A stretch of DNA of 64,000 nt from Acidobacteriota bacterium (GCA_965217775.1 CBDCJH010000002.1:4032001-4096000), one strand, 5' to 3'. Numbered from the stretch's first letter, positions 49,047 to 60,100 are shown. The notes: generated by a model from the sequence alone, not told the origin. A program made the numbers and translations.

Positions 49047-51098
49047 ATGAGCCGCCCAGTTTTGGCGGTCGTATTGCTCCCGGCTCTGATCCGGTTCACA
49101 ACTGAGCGAGGGGAGAACAGGACAGTCACCTTCTCTGCGCGTTTCCAGAACGTGAGCGGTCCCCAGTTCGAGCCCCCAAAAAACGAGGTTCTGGCGTGGC
49201 ATCCCGGCTCCGTGATGCCGCGCAAGGCCTACCAGCCCGTGGCAAAAGTCATCACGGCATTCGACCGTCCCTGCATCCCGGCGGACGGCGTTGCGATTCG
49301 GGCACATACTCCCGGTATGCACCCGAATCGCGCCTTGTCCGGCGGGCGCAGGAACGGTCTCGGTGCTCGCGGGACTTTCACCACGGACTGCTACGCCATA
49401 GTGCGCCGCGGCAAGCACGCGTTCGAGGCGATCGTCGATCTCACCGCGGACCAGGTTGCATCCTGGTCACCGCTGACGGACGTCCAGCCGAACTGGACTG
49501 AAAAGGATTTCAAAGCTGTAGTCGACAAAGTGCTGGAACACCCGGACTTCATCTCCGGGCTCGCGGCTCGCGGAATCACCGACCCTACGTTCCTCGACTG
49601 CAGCACGGGACCGCCGGGCTACTTCGGAACGGAGGAAGAGCGCGGTCGGCGCATTGGCAACGTCCGGTGCTCCGAGCCCCGCGGAGTCCGAAACACTTGG
49701 ACGCGGCAGGTCGAGGGCCTGTCTGCGGTGGTCGATCTCGACTCGGAGGAGGTGCTGCGGGTCGTGGACGACGGTCCCGTCCCGATCACCAGCACCGACG
49801 GCGACTTCGACCGCACGACGCTCAAACGCCCCCGCGAGGTTCCGGGCCCGCTCGACACGCGTCAGCCGCTCGGTCCCGGATTCGAACTCGACGGGTACCG
49901 GGTACGTTGGCAGAACTGGCGATTCCACCTGCGGCCCGACCAACGCGTCGGTGCGGTCCTCTCACTGGTGAGCTACCAGGAAAAACCCGGGGGACCAGCC
50001 CGATCAGTGTTGTACCAAGGGCATTTGTCAGAAATATTCGTTCCTTATATGGACCCCTCGTTCGGATGGTACCGACGTAACTTCCTCGACGCCGGCGAAT
50101 TCATGGCCAGCGGGTTGGCGAAGGCTCTACTTCGCGGCCGTGACTGTCCCGACTACGCCGCGGATCTCGACACCGTGATCAGCAACGAGAAGGGCCGCCC
50201 GCGAACAGTGCCGGACACGATTTGTGTTTTCGAGAGGGAAACGGGTGATCCTGCTTGGCGCCATTGGTCTTCCGAGCTGCCGGACAGTCGGCGGAGCCGC
50301 GACCTCGTCGTGCGCGTTGGCGCCGTAGTCGGCAACTACGATTATCTGCTCGACTGGATCTTCCGCCAGGACGGTGCGATCGAGGTGCGCGTGGGTGCCA
50401 CCGGTATCCTGGAAGTAAAGGCAACCGAGGCGGAGAACGCATCGCAGGCAGAACCGGGCGCCGATGCCTATGGCCGATTCGTGGATCGCAATATAGTGAC
50501 GGTGAATCACGACCACTACTTCAGCTACCGCCTCGACCTGGACGTCGACGGAACCAATAACCGCTTCGTCACCGACCGCCTGGTCACGCGGCGGCTGCCC
50601 GAAGGGCACCCCCGCCGCAGCCTGTGGGTCCGGTAGGAGCAGGTCCCGGCCAGCGAGCACGACGCGCGCCTCGACATCGACTTTGAACGTCCGGCTCTGT
50701 GGCGTGTTCTCAGCAACGACCGGCGAAACTCCTCCGGCTATCCAACGAGCTTCCAGGTGTTTCCCGGCAGGAACGCCAACGCGCTACTGTCGGAAGACGA
50801 CTACCCGCGTCGGCGCGCCGGCTTCATCGATCACCACCTCTGGGTAACGCCGCAGCGGGACGGGGAACGTCATGCCGCCGGCGATCACCCGACCTTGAGC
50901 GAGCCCGGCCAAGGGCTGCCCGCGTGGACGGCAGCCGACCGGCCGATCCGTGACACGGACATTGTCGTCTGGCACACCATCGGCATGCATCATCTACCGC
51001 GCTCCGAGGACTGGCCGGTTATGCCGACGATGTGGTACGGCTTCGAGCTTCGGCCCTTCGACTTCTTTGACCGCAACCCTGCGCTCGACCTCCCCTGA
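49047..51098 (+). pseudogene. Copper amine oxidase (TynA-like), disrupted
   Basis: SEIFVPY, VGNYDY (TPQ site), HDH, HHLPRSEDWPVMP, PFDFFDRNPALD. In-frame TAG at 50634-50636, in-frame MITE, altered N-terminus. Confidence 0.85.
49233..49390. mobile_element. MITE family A, copy 4 (158 bp, TSD CTAC), in-frame in the amine oxidase
   Basis: ctac on both flanks. Removing it restores PRKAY-AIVRRG. Confidence 0.95.
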
Positions 51099-51161
51099 GC
51101 GCTGAAGTGCCGGCCATTCCCCGCTCGTCCGCAAGCTCCGACGATACCGGCTCCGATGCGC

Positions 51162-51316
51162 GGCAGAAGGGGACGGCAGAAGGGGACGGGGACGGCAGAA
51201 GGGGACGGGGACGGCAGAAGGGGACAGTTACGTTCTCTACTCTGGCCCGACTCTCTGAGGGGACGGGGACGGCAGAAGGGGACAGTTACGTTCTCTACTC
51301 TGGCCCGACTCTCTGA
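51162..51316 (+). repeat. Compound tandem repeat: GGCAGAAGGGGAC / GGGGAC stutters plus a 58-bp tandem duplication
   Basis: 51201-51258 is repeated at 51259-51316. Each unit contains the GGGGACAGTTAC motif. Confidence 0.88.
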
Positions 51317-51410
51317 GAAGGGCAATGGATCGAAATCAAGACCCGGGGAGGAGCCGTTTTGTGGGCGGACGCCGTCGAGGTGGTCCACCGCGTCGCGGAG
51401 ACTGTCCTAG

Positions 51411-51569
51411 GAGTCTGCGCGGTAGAAATGATCGTAGCGAGAAAGTGGGGAATCGAGGCCAGATTTTCTCGATTTGGAGGTGCATGGTTGTTCTATTCGC
51501 CGAGAAATCGGGGAAATCCGGACCGATTCTACCGCTTTCGCAGTAGATCAATTTCTGCGGCGCAGGCTC
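51411..51569. mobile_element. MITE family B, copy 2 (159 bp)
   Basis: Closely similar to 35345-35502. Flanks CTAG / CTCG. Confidence 0.88.
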
Positions 51570-51575
51570 CTCGTC

Positions 51576-52338
51576 CGCGACACCCCGACGCCGTTGGGAA
51601 TTCGTTATTCATTCACTGGCGACGGAGAGCCTGCCAAGCTGTCCATCGTCTTGGGCGGGCAGTGCGAGAGCAAACAGAGGGAGTAGCGTCCCCAGTCGCA
51701 GCCTACGGCTATGAGTGTAGCCAACCGTCCTGTGGTCTATCCTCGTGACTATGGAGATCCGTCCCGCAGCACTAGCCGATCTCGAAACCGTCGTTGAATT
51801 CAACGCGCGTCTGGCGCAGGAATCGGAAGGAGTGCATTTGGACAAGGACCGACTGAGAGCGGGGGTCGCTGCGCTGTTGCGTGAGCAGACACTGGGCCTT
51901 TACTTCATAGCGGAGTCAGAGTCCGGCCCGGCCGGGCAGTTGGCGCTGACCTACGAATGGAGCGACTGGAGGAACGGCATGTTCTGGTGGCTTCAAAGTG
52001 TCTACGTGCGCCCGGAATTCCGACGCGAAGGGGTTCTACGCGCTCTTTACGGCCACATTCTGGAGCTGGCGAAGGACCGCGGCGTGTGCGGGATCCGCCT
52101 GTATGTCGAGAAGGAAAACCGCACTGCTCAAGAGGCGTACCGACGGCTGGGAATGGCCCGGGCAGTGTTTCACATGTACGAAGTTGATTTCGTGATCGTC
52201 CGAGAGCACTAAGTTGTGACTCGATGGACGGAGTGAGGTAGGCGGACGCTGCAAGGGCGCCGCCCACAGTTTCATCGCGGCATTTCCATGCGGGCTTTCC
52301 GGCAGCAACGGACGACGGTAGCAACGTTCAAGGCCGGG
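51576..52338 (+). repeat. 763-bp direct repeat, copy 2
   Basis: Near-identical to 43189-43951. Confidence 0.95.
51745..52212 (+). CDS. GNAT N-acetyltransferase (duplicate)
   Basis: 4 amino-acid differences from 43358-43825. Confidence 0.9.
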   Translation: MTMEIRPAALADLETVVEFNARLAQESEGVHLDKDRLRAGVAALLREQTLGLYFIAESESGPAGQLALTYEWSDWRNGMFWWLQSVYVRPEFRREGVLRALYGHILELAKDRGVCGIRLYVEKENRTAQEAYRRLGMARAVFHMYEVDFVIVREH

Positions 52339-52408
52339 CTGGGATCCGTTCTTCACGCTGCCGATCCATAACTATTGATTATATCTCGGGCTCCATCCCG
52401 GAGTTCAT

Positions 52409-54076
52409 CTACTCATCTTCGTCTGAAGCGTCGCTATCGGCAATGGTCGCTGCCGTCCGCTCCGTCGGCAACTTTACATTCTGTGCTCTCATAAATGTCC
52501 GCTCACCATCAATTAGGGTCTCCAGCCGATCTCGGATTAGACCCACTCGGTCGCCGTTTCGTAACAAATGGACTGCTTCCGCTGGGAAGCCATGTCTGGG
52601 TAGTAGCTCCATCAGAACGTCGTCACTCAAGCCAGCCAGGGCGCCGAACGCTTGACCAACGTGGCCACTGTCGAGGAACATGCGATTCGCGGGGCTACTA
52701 AAAAGTTCCCCGATTATCCGCGAGCTGGAAAACACATATCCCACAGCCTTAGTTCCTAAGGTAGAAAGCAGCTGACCCGGATCGAGGTTGCCCTCACCAC
52801 TAAGCGCACGAGGCTGAAGCGACGCAAGGTAGAGCAAAAAGGCACGTACGCGGGCGCTTCGACCATCGAAGCGATCGGGAAACGGCCGAGCCGGTGCGTC
52901 GAAGTCTACAACTCTGAACCCAGTCCCCTTGCCCCTGGCAAGGTTTCGGATCTCGCTCAACGCTTGAGTAGCTTGCGCAGTGTTGACTCCTCCAAACCAG
53001 CCGGTGAATGACGTCACCCAGAACCAGCGGTTCAGCAACTTGACCACTTCGGCGGACGGCGTTGGGCACCACCGGAAAAACTCACCGAGCAGCACAAGCT
53101 GGAGCCCATAGGGCAGCAATCGATCGGATGTAACGCCTAGGTCCTTGAGAAAGATCAGCGCACCTCTGATTCCTTTCGCCGCGATGTCGAAGGCTTCTGG
53201 AAGCTTCGTCCGGACCTCCGGCTTGACCATGAGGTCTGCCCAGTCTTTCGCGTAGATATCTCGGTCGAGGGCTGCAAGCACCGACCTGAGAAGGAGGACA
53301 CGATCGAGATTTCCAAACCCCTTTCTGTCGAGCTCTTCCTTGAACTCGTCCAGCTTCTCGGCAAGATGGAACTCCCCTTCTCGGTAGGTCAGCGCGGAGA
53401 CCATCTCGTCGGCCGTCATCTTGCGCCCCTTGCGGTTGAGTCGGGCGAAGACTGTGACGGCACTGTCGAGGTCCGCCTCGCGGATATGAATAAGTGGGAG
53501 TTGATAGTCTCGAAACGCGTTCGCGAGGCGATCTGCCTCGTTGAGCCAGCGTAGTATCCGTATGTTGGAAACTCCCGATTCGATGATGCGGCGGCACGCG
53601 GCAAAGAATCCGACGGTGTTGAGCAGGCTCCCCATCGGGAAATGCTGTGGCTCGACCCCACCCGTGGGTGCTCGGAGGAACTCCTGGTTTTCGAGGTCGC
53701 AGTACACGCGCCAGTCAACTTGATCCACGATCGATTCCGCCTTTTCAGGTAACCGCAGCGTGCCTACGAGGGTCGACACGCGCTGCTGACCGTCGAGCAG
53801 GTAGCCAACGAGCCCATCCGGGCGAGGACTGATGTCGATCGGCCCGACGCGCTGGTTGGTCTCGATAGTTTCCTCTGTGTCCCAGACGAGGATAGAGCCG
53901 ATCGGAAAACCGCGCAAAACGCTGTCGAGCAACGCGTGCAGGTCTGGTTGCTTCCACACGAAAGCACGTTGGAACCTCGGCACGCGGATTTTTCCAGCCG
54001 CTATGCGTTCCACGAGTTTGCCCAGAAAAACAACTTCTGGGACAACCTCGGTGCGAGCCTGCCTACCGTTGGACAT
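52409..54076 (-). CDS. DUF262 (GmrS/ParB-like) domain protein
   Basis: VPRFQRAFVW, FPIGSILVW, LLDGQQR, F.RLN..G motifs. Confidence 0.9.
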   Translation of the reverse strand: MSNGRQARTEVVPEVVFLGKLVERIAAGKIRVPRFQRAFVWKQPDLHALLDSVLRGFPIGSILVWDTEETIETNQRVGPIDISPRPDGLVGYLLDGQQRVSTLVGTLRLPEKAESIVDQVDWRVYCDLENQEFLRAPTGGVEPQHFPMGSLLNTVGFFAACRRIIESGVSNIRILRWLNEADRLANAFRDYQLPLIHIREADLDSAVTVFARLNRKGRKMTADEMVSALTYREGEFHLAEKLDEFKEELDRKGFGNLDRVLLLRSVLAALDRDIYAKDWADLMVKPEVRTKLPEAFDIAAKGIRGALIFLKDLGVTSDRLLPYGLQLVLLGEFFRWCPTPSAEVVKLLNRWFWVTSFTGWFGGVNTAQATQALSEIRNLARGKGTGFRVVDFDAPARPFPDRFDGRSARVRAFLLYLASLQPRALSGEGNLDPGQLLSTLGTKAVGYVFSSSRIIGELFSSPANRMFLDSGHVGQAFGALAGLSDDVLMELLPRHGFPAEAVHLLRNGDRVGLIRDRLETLIDGERTFMRAQNVKLPTERTAATIADSDASDEDE

Positions 54077-54080
54077 GAGG

Positions 54081-55043
54081 CTAGACTTCCTTCCGAATCA
54101 GGGAGATGCCACGCTCAAGGTCACCTTGTCCGCGGCTAAGAAGTTCAATCTTGGCCTGCACGTTGCAGAGATTCCAGCACTTGTACACATTCCGTCCAAA
54201 CCCACGAGAGAGGAGCGTTTGGACGGCCGAGCACAGTCCCTGAAACAGTGTCTTCTCAATCGCAGAGGGCGTTTCGGGCAAGCCATGCTTCATGTCGAAG
54301 AAGTTCTTCTGATCGTCGTTGAGACTGTCCCATGCTTCAACCAACCGGCCATGGTCTGCGCCTGCGTTCTCCCGCTCACTGAGGAGGATTCGCGGGAGGT
54401 AGTTCTCGGCCTCCCGTTTGGCCAGAACCCAGCAGGACAGACCTAGCTTCCCGCATACATGACGCAACCTTCGAGCTGTTGCGCTGCTCGTAGCGGCGGG
54501 ATCCTTCCTGCCGCTATCGATGATGGCCACCAACCGTGGGCGAAACGGGATCCCCTGCACCCGACGTTTGATCTCCTCCAGCATTTGTCCCTGGCCGCCC
54601 AAGCTGTCAATTCGGATAGGATCTCCATTCTGATTCCACAGGCGAAAAAGGACTTTGTCGAGCTCCTTCACGACGCGCTTCACGAACGCACCATCACTGA
54701 TCCGATTCTCGACCAGAATCACGAACGGTTCCTCGGCAAGGCGGGTAGCGTTCTCTGGCTCAAGTTCATCCCCAGCAGCTGGATCTGCCGTTACGCGTAC
54801 GCGTCTCCCGTGCGGGGCCAAGGTCCAGGCACTACGCCGGATCGATGCGACGAGTAATTGGCGCACCCAATCGCCTTGGGTTCCACGGTCACCAATCCAC
54901 GTCGTGGCCTGGAAGGCATTGGGATCCAACTGACACGTTGTGTCCCACACGTGCCAGCCATCTTCGATCTTGTACAGAATACGATCCAACCAACTGTGGG
55001 CATCCGGATCATTCGCTGCGCTGAAGTCGATCTCGATGCGCAT
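54081..55043 (-). CDS. Hypothetical protein with TOPRIM-like motifs
   Basis: ILVEN..SD..F, LGG.G, AIIDS, L.KREAENYLP. Tightly coupled to both neighbours. Confidence 0.65.
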   Translation of the reverse strand: MRIEIDFSAANDPDAHSWLDRILYKIEDGWHVWDTTCQLDPNAFQATTWIGDRGTQGDWVRQLLVASIRRSAWTLAPHGRRVRVTADPAAGDELEPENATRLAEEPFVILVENRISDGAFVKRVVKELDKVLFRLWNQNGDPIRIDSLGGQGQMLEEIKRRVQGIPFRPRLVAIIDSGRKDPAATSSATARRLRHVCGKLGLSCWVLAKREAENYLPRILLSERENAGADHGRLVEAWDSLNDDQKNFFDMKHGLPETPSAIEKTLFQGLCSAVQTLLSRGFGRNVYKCWNLCNVQAKIELLSRGQGDLERGISLIRKEV

Positions 55044-55048
55044 CGAGT

Positions 55049-56281
55049 TTATCCCGCTGGCCGAGCGGCGCGCCGAATGGCCAGGATCTCCTCATAGTCC
55101 TCGATGAAGACGCCATCCGGCCAGCTGTCCAATTCACCACTCTCGCTCATTCTGATTTTCCGCAGAATTGATCCACGCCCTGGCTCCGTGCGAACCCAGT
55201 AAACAATGATATTTTCGGCCGGCAGTCGCCCCTCCGCAATCCAGCGTCTCGCGCGGAGTAGGAACATCTCCGAGTGAGTCTCGACGACCAGAGGCCGGGC
55301 GGGTCCTGCGAGGTTATCGAGCAAAAGCTCCGCGATATCCGCGTGGGCTGCTGGATGGAGCTCAGCCTCCGGATGCTCGATGATGTCGACACCCGGCCCT
55401 GCCTTGCGGGCCGTCAGTGCCGTCACCACGACCGGCAGAACATGCGAGAGCCCCTGGCCCGATTGCACGAGTCGCACGTTGGCGTCGCGGGCCGGCGCTC
55501 CAACCACTAGTTCAGAGTAGATGCCCTGCGCCACAACATCGATACTCACCCCGAAGGTCCTGCGATACCATTCCCGAACGGATTTTCTCAGCTCATCGTC
55601 CGCCGCCAGCGCCAGGGGCGTATCCTGCCCGTTCGGCCCAAGAACCCTAGGCGAGTGTTCTACCCTGGTGAACGGCGACGCGAGAAGGCTACGTGGGCAC
55701 TGCAAATAGCGAACGCCGCGGGCCCAAGCTCTGAGGGCATCGACTTGCGCACCGGCCCAGTTCGCAAGATTGCCCGGATGGCCGGGGATCAGCCCTCGCC
55801 AACCGATCTGCCGCGGGGCCTGCTCCGCTCCCGAGACACAAACTTGGTAGGGGGATCGTTCGTCGAACCCTTGCCGTTGCACCACGATCTCATCGCCGCC
55901 TCTCCTGAGGCTCCAGTGCGAAATCTGGCGCTCGGATGGCCGGGCCGGCGCTACCACATTCCGAACGGTGGCCGAGAGCGATAACTCGCTGCTCCCGTCC
56001 GCTAGGCCGGCGGACAATCTCAGCCGACCATGCACGGTGCGCCCGGTCACTAAGTCCTCGAACGTCTCCCCGTGGCGGATTCCACCAGACTCCAGCGGAA
56101 GCGGCTCCAAGGTGTCCTCCCCTAAAGGGGCCAAGCCGCCCGCTAACAACTGAATCGCCTGAGCCAGAGCCGTTTTACCCGAATTATTGGATCCCACCAG
56201 GATGGTCAGAGGAGCGAGTTCCACCTTGGCCAACTCAGCGTAGCCCTTATAACGTTCGACACTGAACTCTCGGAGTTCCAT
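55049..56281 (-). CDS. AAA_21/ABC-type ATPase with DUF3696-like C-terminus
   Basis: GSNNSGKT, G.G.S.VLP, IEHPEAELHP, ETHSE, G.L..WP.G.F. Confidence 0.88.
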   Translation of the reverse strand: MELREFSVERYKGYAELAKVELAPLTILVGSNNSGKTALAQAIQLLAGGLAPLGEDTLEPLPLESGGIRHGETFEDLVTGRTVHGRLRLSAGLADGSSELSLSATVRNVVAPARPSERQISHWSLRRGGDEIVVQRQGFDERSPYQVCVSGAEQAPRQIGWRGLIPGHPGNLANWAGAQVDALRAWARGVRYLQCPRSLLASPFTRVEHSPRVLGPNGQDTPLALAADDELRKSVREWYRRTFGVSIDVVAQGIYSELVVGAPARDANVRLVQSGQGLSHVLPVVVTALTARKAGPGVDIIEHPEAELHPAAHADIAELLLDNLAGPARPLVVETHSEMFLLRARRWIAEGRLPAENIIVYWVRTEPGRGSILRKIRMSESGELDSWPDGVFIEDYEEILAIRRAARPAG

Positions 56282-57123
56282 TGCCGAATTACCATAGCAA
56301 CTCGTGGCAGAAGGGGCCAACTGTAAGGTGTCGGCTGTCGCCGCGTTTGTCACGCAGGGTTTGCAGCTGTACCTCATCGCTCTGGGGCCAATGGGAGCTC
56401 CACGACCTATAGGAGGGGCTCACCGCATACGTGAAAGCCGCCCGGACCGATCAAGACTCCAAAGCCACGCGACTGTTCCAGGCCGCCTCGAACAGCCGGC
56501 ACCAGCGCGTCACCCGCAACATCGTCGATCGAATCTCGGTCTGAGGGTGTGGTTTGGACCCCAAGGGGGAGGGGGGAAGATTTCCCGATGGGGAACGTGG
56601 AGGATTCCAACACTCCGTATCAGGAACGGGGGCAGCGGCTGTACCAGGTCCTGTTCGGTCCTGGATGGAAACGGGTTCTCCGCAGCACGGCCTGCTTCAA
56701 CGTGTGCCTCTTTCGCACCCGCAGCGCCCAGGATCTGGTGGCCATGGTCAGTGGTACGTGAAGATCCTGTTGCACCTGGCCCCCATGCTCATTATCTGCA
56801 GCGGAAATGGGCTGGGTCGGTCCCCCTGGGCAGTGATCCAACGCTACTTCAGGATGGAAATTGTGCGTGAGCGGAGAGTGGATACGGGGGCCCGGGGCTC
56901 ACGCCAAGTCAAGGAAGGCCGCCTGCAGCGAGCGAGCCCCGCTGGCCGGGACCCGGGTGTGGGGGTGCCTTCCCTTAGTCCTCAGCAGGCCTTCCTGTGG
57001 AAGAACGAGGCGCAACGGTCGCTGCTTCGTGAGATCTGAACTCAAAGCCCGTGGCTCCGCCTCTCTGAGGGGGAGTGACCCGCCCCGGCCATCCGGGCAC
57101 GGGATCCTCAAAGAGGCAGTGTT

Positions 57124-60100
57124 TCAGCCGTCCAGGATGTCTTTCAACATCTTGCCGGCTGGTGATTTGTCCGCCGGCATTATGAACTCCGGAGGAGTAA
57201 ACAGGGGGTTGCCCGGTGACCAGAGTTCCAGGCTTTCGGCATGCGCCTCATAGTATGCCGGATCGGTCGCCACCCGGACGGGTTTGTCCATGCCCGGTTT
57301 GAGCACACTGTATTCGCGCTTCCCCAGCCGTTGAACCTCGAAGCCGGGCGGCATGAGATCGGGCGATCTGATCACCCGGTCGAGGTCTTCCATGGTCACC
57401 GGTGACGGCGCTTGTTTTGGCACCGTGAGGTCGCTTTCCGTCACCGCGTCGATATCGAATCCCCGGCTCTCGGCTGTCTCCGCCTGGTGCTTGATGGCGT
57501 CCACGACATTAGCGCGGGACCGAGCATTCCGGTTTTCTCCGGACAACACGGTTCGCGAAATCATCTGCGGCAATCGCGCCAGAATCGGCTGCAAGCGGCC
57601 GACCACTGACTCGAACAGGCCGATCCGGCTCCTGAGTGCCCGGTAAACGTCAGTTTCGACCGTGCCCTCGTAGTGCAGATTGACAATCCGGATGATCTTG
57701 TGCCGTTGGCCCAGGCGATCGATGCGGCCAATGCGCTGTTCCACCCGCATGGGATTCCACGGCATGTCGTAGTTGATAAGGGTGCCGCAGAACTGGAAGT
57801 TCAAGCCTTCGGCGGCGGCGTCCGTACACAACAGGATGTCGGCCTCACCGGCGCGGAACCGCCGCTTGGCTTCGTCGCGGTCGATCCCGCGCCAGCTACC
57901 GTCGGCGGTGGGGATTTCCCCTCCCCGTCCCGAAAAGCACATCAACCTCAAATCGGCGTTCTTCAGAAGTTCTTCACGCAGGAAATCCATGGTGTCAGTG
58001 TATTGGGTGAAGACCATTGTCTGGCGGTATCCGTCTTGGCGCAGCTCATGAAGGATGTCTTTCAGGCTATGGAGCTTGCTATCCGGCGGCAGTCCGCCGA
58101 TGCGTCCAAGGAGTTGCTGAATGTCGGCCTCCTCCTCGGCGGCGAGAGCTTGGCGCGTCAGCTCTTCGACCTCATCGGCATCCGGGACGTCATCCAGGCC
58201 TTCATCCTCCGTTGCGTCTTCATCCAGACCCATCAATTGCACCTGCTCGGCGGCGGCAATGGCGTCGAGATGGTTCTGAAGCGTCTTGTGCAGGGCGTTG
58301 AAACTGCTGGCGAGCCGGCGGCGGTAGATGGTCATGACGAACCCCACCGCGGAGCGCTTTTTGGCGCTGGCCTGATTGTAGGTGCTGGCAATGTAGTCCT
58401 CGACGCCGTCATAGAGTGCCCGCTCCTCCGACGTCATCTCCAGGAAGCGATCCTCGACCTTCCGCTCGGCGATCGGTGTGGTCAACAGGCCGGCCTTGAA
58501 ATACCGCCGCAGCAGGTCGCGAGTGTGCCGTGAAAGCAGTTTGCCAAGCGCAGTGTTTGCCCGCACGATCTTGACTGCCGCCTGCCGTTCCTTCGTTTCC
58601 AACTGACGGCGTGGAATGCTGGCGTCGTCACGCAACGCGCGGAGCACCTTGTTGACCTTCAGACGTGACAGGGCGACGAGGTCTTGCGCTTTCTCTGTCG
58701 TGGTTTCGCCAAAGAAACGTTCGATCGACTGAAACAGCCGCGCCATGCGCTCCAACGCATCCGAGGCCGGGTTCACTCGCTCAATGTCGTCGAAAAATCC
58801 GAGGAACGCCTCGGCGGTCCACTCCGGCGGCAGGCCCAGCAGGTGCACCAGATCCCAGACTTCGATGGGATGAACCTGCATCGGCGTCGCTGTCAGCAAT
58901 ACCAAGCCTTGCGTGCGGTCCTTCAGTCCCTGCATCAGCCGGAGCAGCGCGTTTGGCCCGCCCTGCTGCGGGCTTCCCGCGGCTCGGCGGCGAGCATGGT
59001 GGGCTTCGTCGAGCACCACCAGATCCCAAGGCTCGGTTTCCTCCAGAAGCGCCGCCGCGCGGTCGCGCCGGCGCACCAGGTGACTTGACGCAATCACCAC
59101 CGGTTGGCGATGCCAAGCGTGCCGGTCGACATTGCACTCGTTCTTCCCACGGTACGCCGGGGAGGGATACCAAGTCAGTTTGCGGCCATCGTAGATGGGC
59201 CAATTGAGATTGAATTTTTCGCGGAGTTCAACTTGCCATTGTTTGAGGATGGCCTTGGGTGCCAGGATCAGGATCCGCTTGGCGCGCCCGGCAAGCCACG
59301 CTTGGCGCAGCAGCATGCCGGCCTGGATGGTCTTTCCGAGGCCGACCTCGTCGGCAATCAGCAAACGAGGCGGCCAATCACGGTAGAGGCGTTCAAACGC
59401 TCTCACCTGGTGCGGCCAGGGGATGATCGTCGAGGTGGCTTCGCCGACGCGCGCCCCTCCCTGCGGCAGTGAAGGCGCCCGCTGGATGAAAGACCAGACG
59501 CGGCTTCTCAGATCGCCGCCGGGCGATTCCATCGGTTTTGTAGGCGGCTTCGCCTCGGGCTCCGGATTCTCCGGAGAAGGCTTGGCGGACTTTGGTTCGG
59601 GCTTCTTGAGGCGGGCGGGTAGATCACTCGCCGGCATGAACCGCATCAGGTCCTGGCGCACGGCATCGGGCACGTCGAGCACGATCACACGGTGCGCTTT
59701 GTTGGCCCAGATCTGTGCGAAGTTGGCCTCCTCATCGGCGACCCTCCGGGGTTCCGACCCCCAGCTCGTGTAGACGTTGATGCTCTCCCAGTTGTCCCGC
59801 CAGCCGGCCGCCGTCTCATTCAGGCTGCCGTTCCAGGCGATCTTGTCGCTGACCCGATCCTCAATGATGCCGGCCTTCTCATGAAAGATGCCGTCGGCCG
59901 GGATCGGCTTCCGGTTCGGATCGCAAGGGACGGCCACCTTCACGTCCAAATAGCCTCGTGCGACCATCCAGGCCAGCAGTTCCAACGCATCCGATGATGC
60001 CGGATCCGGCGGGGCCAGGGGGAGGCTCGTCAAACGCCGTTCGACCAGGTCGCGAAGCTGCTCGCCTTTTTCGATCGCCTCGATCTCGGGCGGCTGCAGG

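Noticed and set aside
50634-50636. In-frame TAG as pyrrolysine or programmed readthrough
   Set aside because: No pyl genes in the window, the position is not catalytic, other genes here end in TAG, and the gene has further lesions.
39659-51316. Palindromic repeats as a CRISPR array or integron attC sites
   Set aside because: Spacing is hundreds to thousands of bp, there are no cas or intI genes, and no RYYYAAC...GTTRRRY attC boxes were recognised.
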